Below are positions 61,932 to 64,000 of a DNA stretch of 64,000 nt, piece by piece. How positions within the stretch are numbered: the stretch's first letter is position 1; the number at the start of each line of letters is the position of its first letter. This stretch comes from Isurus oxyrinchus (Eukaryota): positions 62,001-126,000 of the forward strand of contig JANJGN010000140.1 in assembly GCA_026770705.1 (NCBI GenBank), given 5' to 3'. Both the position numbers and the translations under genes were made by a program. The notes below the pieces were generated by a model. The model worked only from the letters and a program-made list of their open reading frames with translations. It was not told the DNA's origin and ran no database searches.

Positions 61932-62638
61932 CTGCAGAAAATGTACAATAAATGTCAATAAACTGGATAATTTCGGAGACAATGAAACCACTGGTTAGGG
62001 TGAGGGATGTGTTTTTGAGTTGAATAGTAAAAGTTTACATTATCCACTTCTAGGAAATATATCGCCATTCCTTTACTGTCGCTGAGGCAAAATCCTGGAA
62101 CTCCCTCCCTGACAACACTGTGCATTTACCTACACCACAGGGATTGCAGCGATTCAAGAAGTCAGCACACCACCACCTTCTCAAGGGCAATTAGGGATGG
62201 GCAATAAACTCTGGCCCAGCCAGGGACGCACACATCCCATTAATTAATAAATAAAAATCTTTGGGATCTGATCGGTTTTCCAGCTCGGAGCAGAGGTGGA
62301 TACAATCCTTTTCCCTGAGAACTTATGGGGTTGGACTAGAAAGTTTCTCAAAGTTTACAGCACAGAACAGGCCATTCGGCCCAACTGGTCTGTGTTGGTG
62401 TTTAAGCTCCACACCAGGCTCTTCCCATCTTTCTTCATCGAAATCCAAAAGCACAGCCTTCAATTCATTGCTCATTCATCTACTTATCAATTTCCTCCTT
62501 GAAGTCTGCAGGCCCAGAGCCTTTAGCTAGTGGAATTGCCAATCCGGGTAGACCATGAACACACTGAATAGTAAATATTGACCCTTGCACTGGAAGTAGA
62601 CACAATGACTCACTTATTGTTTCAATCTCACCGCTCAC

Positions 62639-62947
62639 CTTGTTCCTTGTGGATGGAACTCCTTAAAGGAGTCGGCAGATCCTGATTGCTCACCACGCAG
62701 TAGAACTCAGCCCCACTCAGCCAGGCTTGTGTCGAGATGTTTACGTTGCTGACCACGCTGCCGGGATGCTCTCCCGGTTGGACGGCAATCTCTGATTTCA
62801 AAGGCTTCTTTTCTTGGGTCCAGGACACGAGTACTGGTTGATGAGCATCAGAAACGATGCAGGTTAAGGTCACCGTCGCTTCCAGCAAGACCTGTTCTAT
62901 TGGCGGTGGCAGTAGAGTAATTGTGGCATCTCTGCAGTTGGAACATT
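62639..62947 (-). CDS. IGHM: IgM heavy chain CH3
   Basis: cacag|[33 protein letters not shown]...VSWTQEKK...[30 protein letters not shown]|gtgag. Confidence 0.96.
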
Positions 62948-63299
62948 CTGTGAGACAGAAATGAAAATCAACCAAAGTTTCACCATGAGAATCAGGACAG
63001 CAGTATTCAGTCTTCACTCTCCAAAGGACATTCGACATATCAATCTCTAACTATCGTCTGTAATCGTCTTTACACAATGCAAAACCAGCTTGGTCTGTGT
63101 AAATTGTTCTCATAATTTCAGTCATTTAGCCCTGGAAACATTCTAGCGAACCCGTGTTGCCCCAGTCCCAATACAAATACACCATTCCCGGGCCCTGGAA
63201 TGCAGTACTGAATGGCGCTTTATGAATAGGGTGGATGCACTTTCCAGCACTTTATTCCGAAGCTATTACCAGTTACTTTAATGGGTTTGTATCTCTTAC

Positions 63300-63587
63300 C
63301 AGACCCGGTGGTGTTTCGACTTAGGGTGACCCCTTGATGAGTGACCTGACAGGTATAGACCGCGCCGGTGAGCAATTCCCCAGCGGAGACTTTCAGCCGA
63401 CTGGTCGCCGAGAAGTTCCCGTTCATTTCAAAGGCGGGAGATGTGACAATTCCTGAACTCATGGGTTGTCCATTCTTCAGCCACTTCACGGTGATTGGCT
63501 TTGGACGGAAATCGATGATTGAACAGACTACGGTTTCTTCCCGGCAACTTACGGTTAGGAGAACAGCTGGAGGGTGGATGTCAGTAC
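63300..63587 (-). CDS. IGHM: IgM heavy chain CH2
   Basis: gaag|[40 protein letters not shown]...SATSRLKV...[21 protein letters not shown]|gtaag. Confidence 0.95.
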
Positions 63588-63800
63588 CTTCAAAAAACAC
63601 AGGTTAAACATTTCTTGCAGAAGAAATTGATAACAGATACAATGAGGTCCTATATTTTAACAGGCTTTTTCCGTTAACAGACAATAACCTGGATTTTTCA
63701 GGGATCAAAACTATGCAGAGCACTATAAATGCGTTACAACCAAGGCCCCATACAGGTTAGTCACAGCCTTTCTGTTTCTCAGAGGTTCCCCAACACTTAC

Positions 63801-64000
63801 ATGGCATTTCAATGCTCTTGTCTGAGCCGCTGTGTCGAACCTCACAGTTGATATCGCATCCCCCCTCTGACTCGGTGATGGTTAACTGGCTGCTCAGGGT
63901 GAACGTTCCCTTCTGGTTTCTCACTGACGGGTATGTCTGAAATCCAGTGGTGAACTGCTGCCCATCTTTCTTCCAGATCAGGCTGGTGATTTCTGGGGAG
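63801..64000 (-). CDS. IGHM: IgM heavy chain CH1 (3' part; 5' end outside the window)
   Basis: [67 protein letters not shown]|gtaag. Confidence 0.93.

Overview
This is eukaryotic DNA from a cartilaginous fish (shark), judged from shark-type IgM, NAR-TCR and repeat sequences; the species cannot be determined. The window has three zones. (1) 1-43 kb is a T-cell receptor alpha/delta V array. It holds eight conventional leader/V/23-RSS units on the + strand, of which only 13641-14147 is intact. It also holds two NAR-TCR cassettes (IgNAR-like V, D, J plus a leaderless supporting TCR-delta V) in convergent orientation, at 23.8-28.3 kb (+) and 35.9-41.3 kb (-). The minus-strand cassette has V already fused to D. 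The plus-strand cassette is followed within 2 kb by a TCR-delta-like J and then a G-rich, TGCA-dense repeat, with no TCR constant exon visible. (2) 43-58 kb is a repeat-rich spacer with C2H2 zinc-finger relics and decayed tRNA genes. (3) 58-64 kb is an apparently intact IgM heavy-chain constant region on the - strand (partial CH1, CH2, CH3, CH4/secretory tail, TM1, TM2), converging on the TCR V array about 15 kb away. CR1-type LINEs, Deu-type SINEs, Penelope-like termini, microsatellites and two N gaps are interspersed. All calls are by eye; no database search was run.
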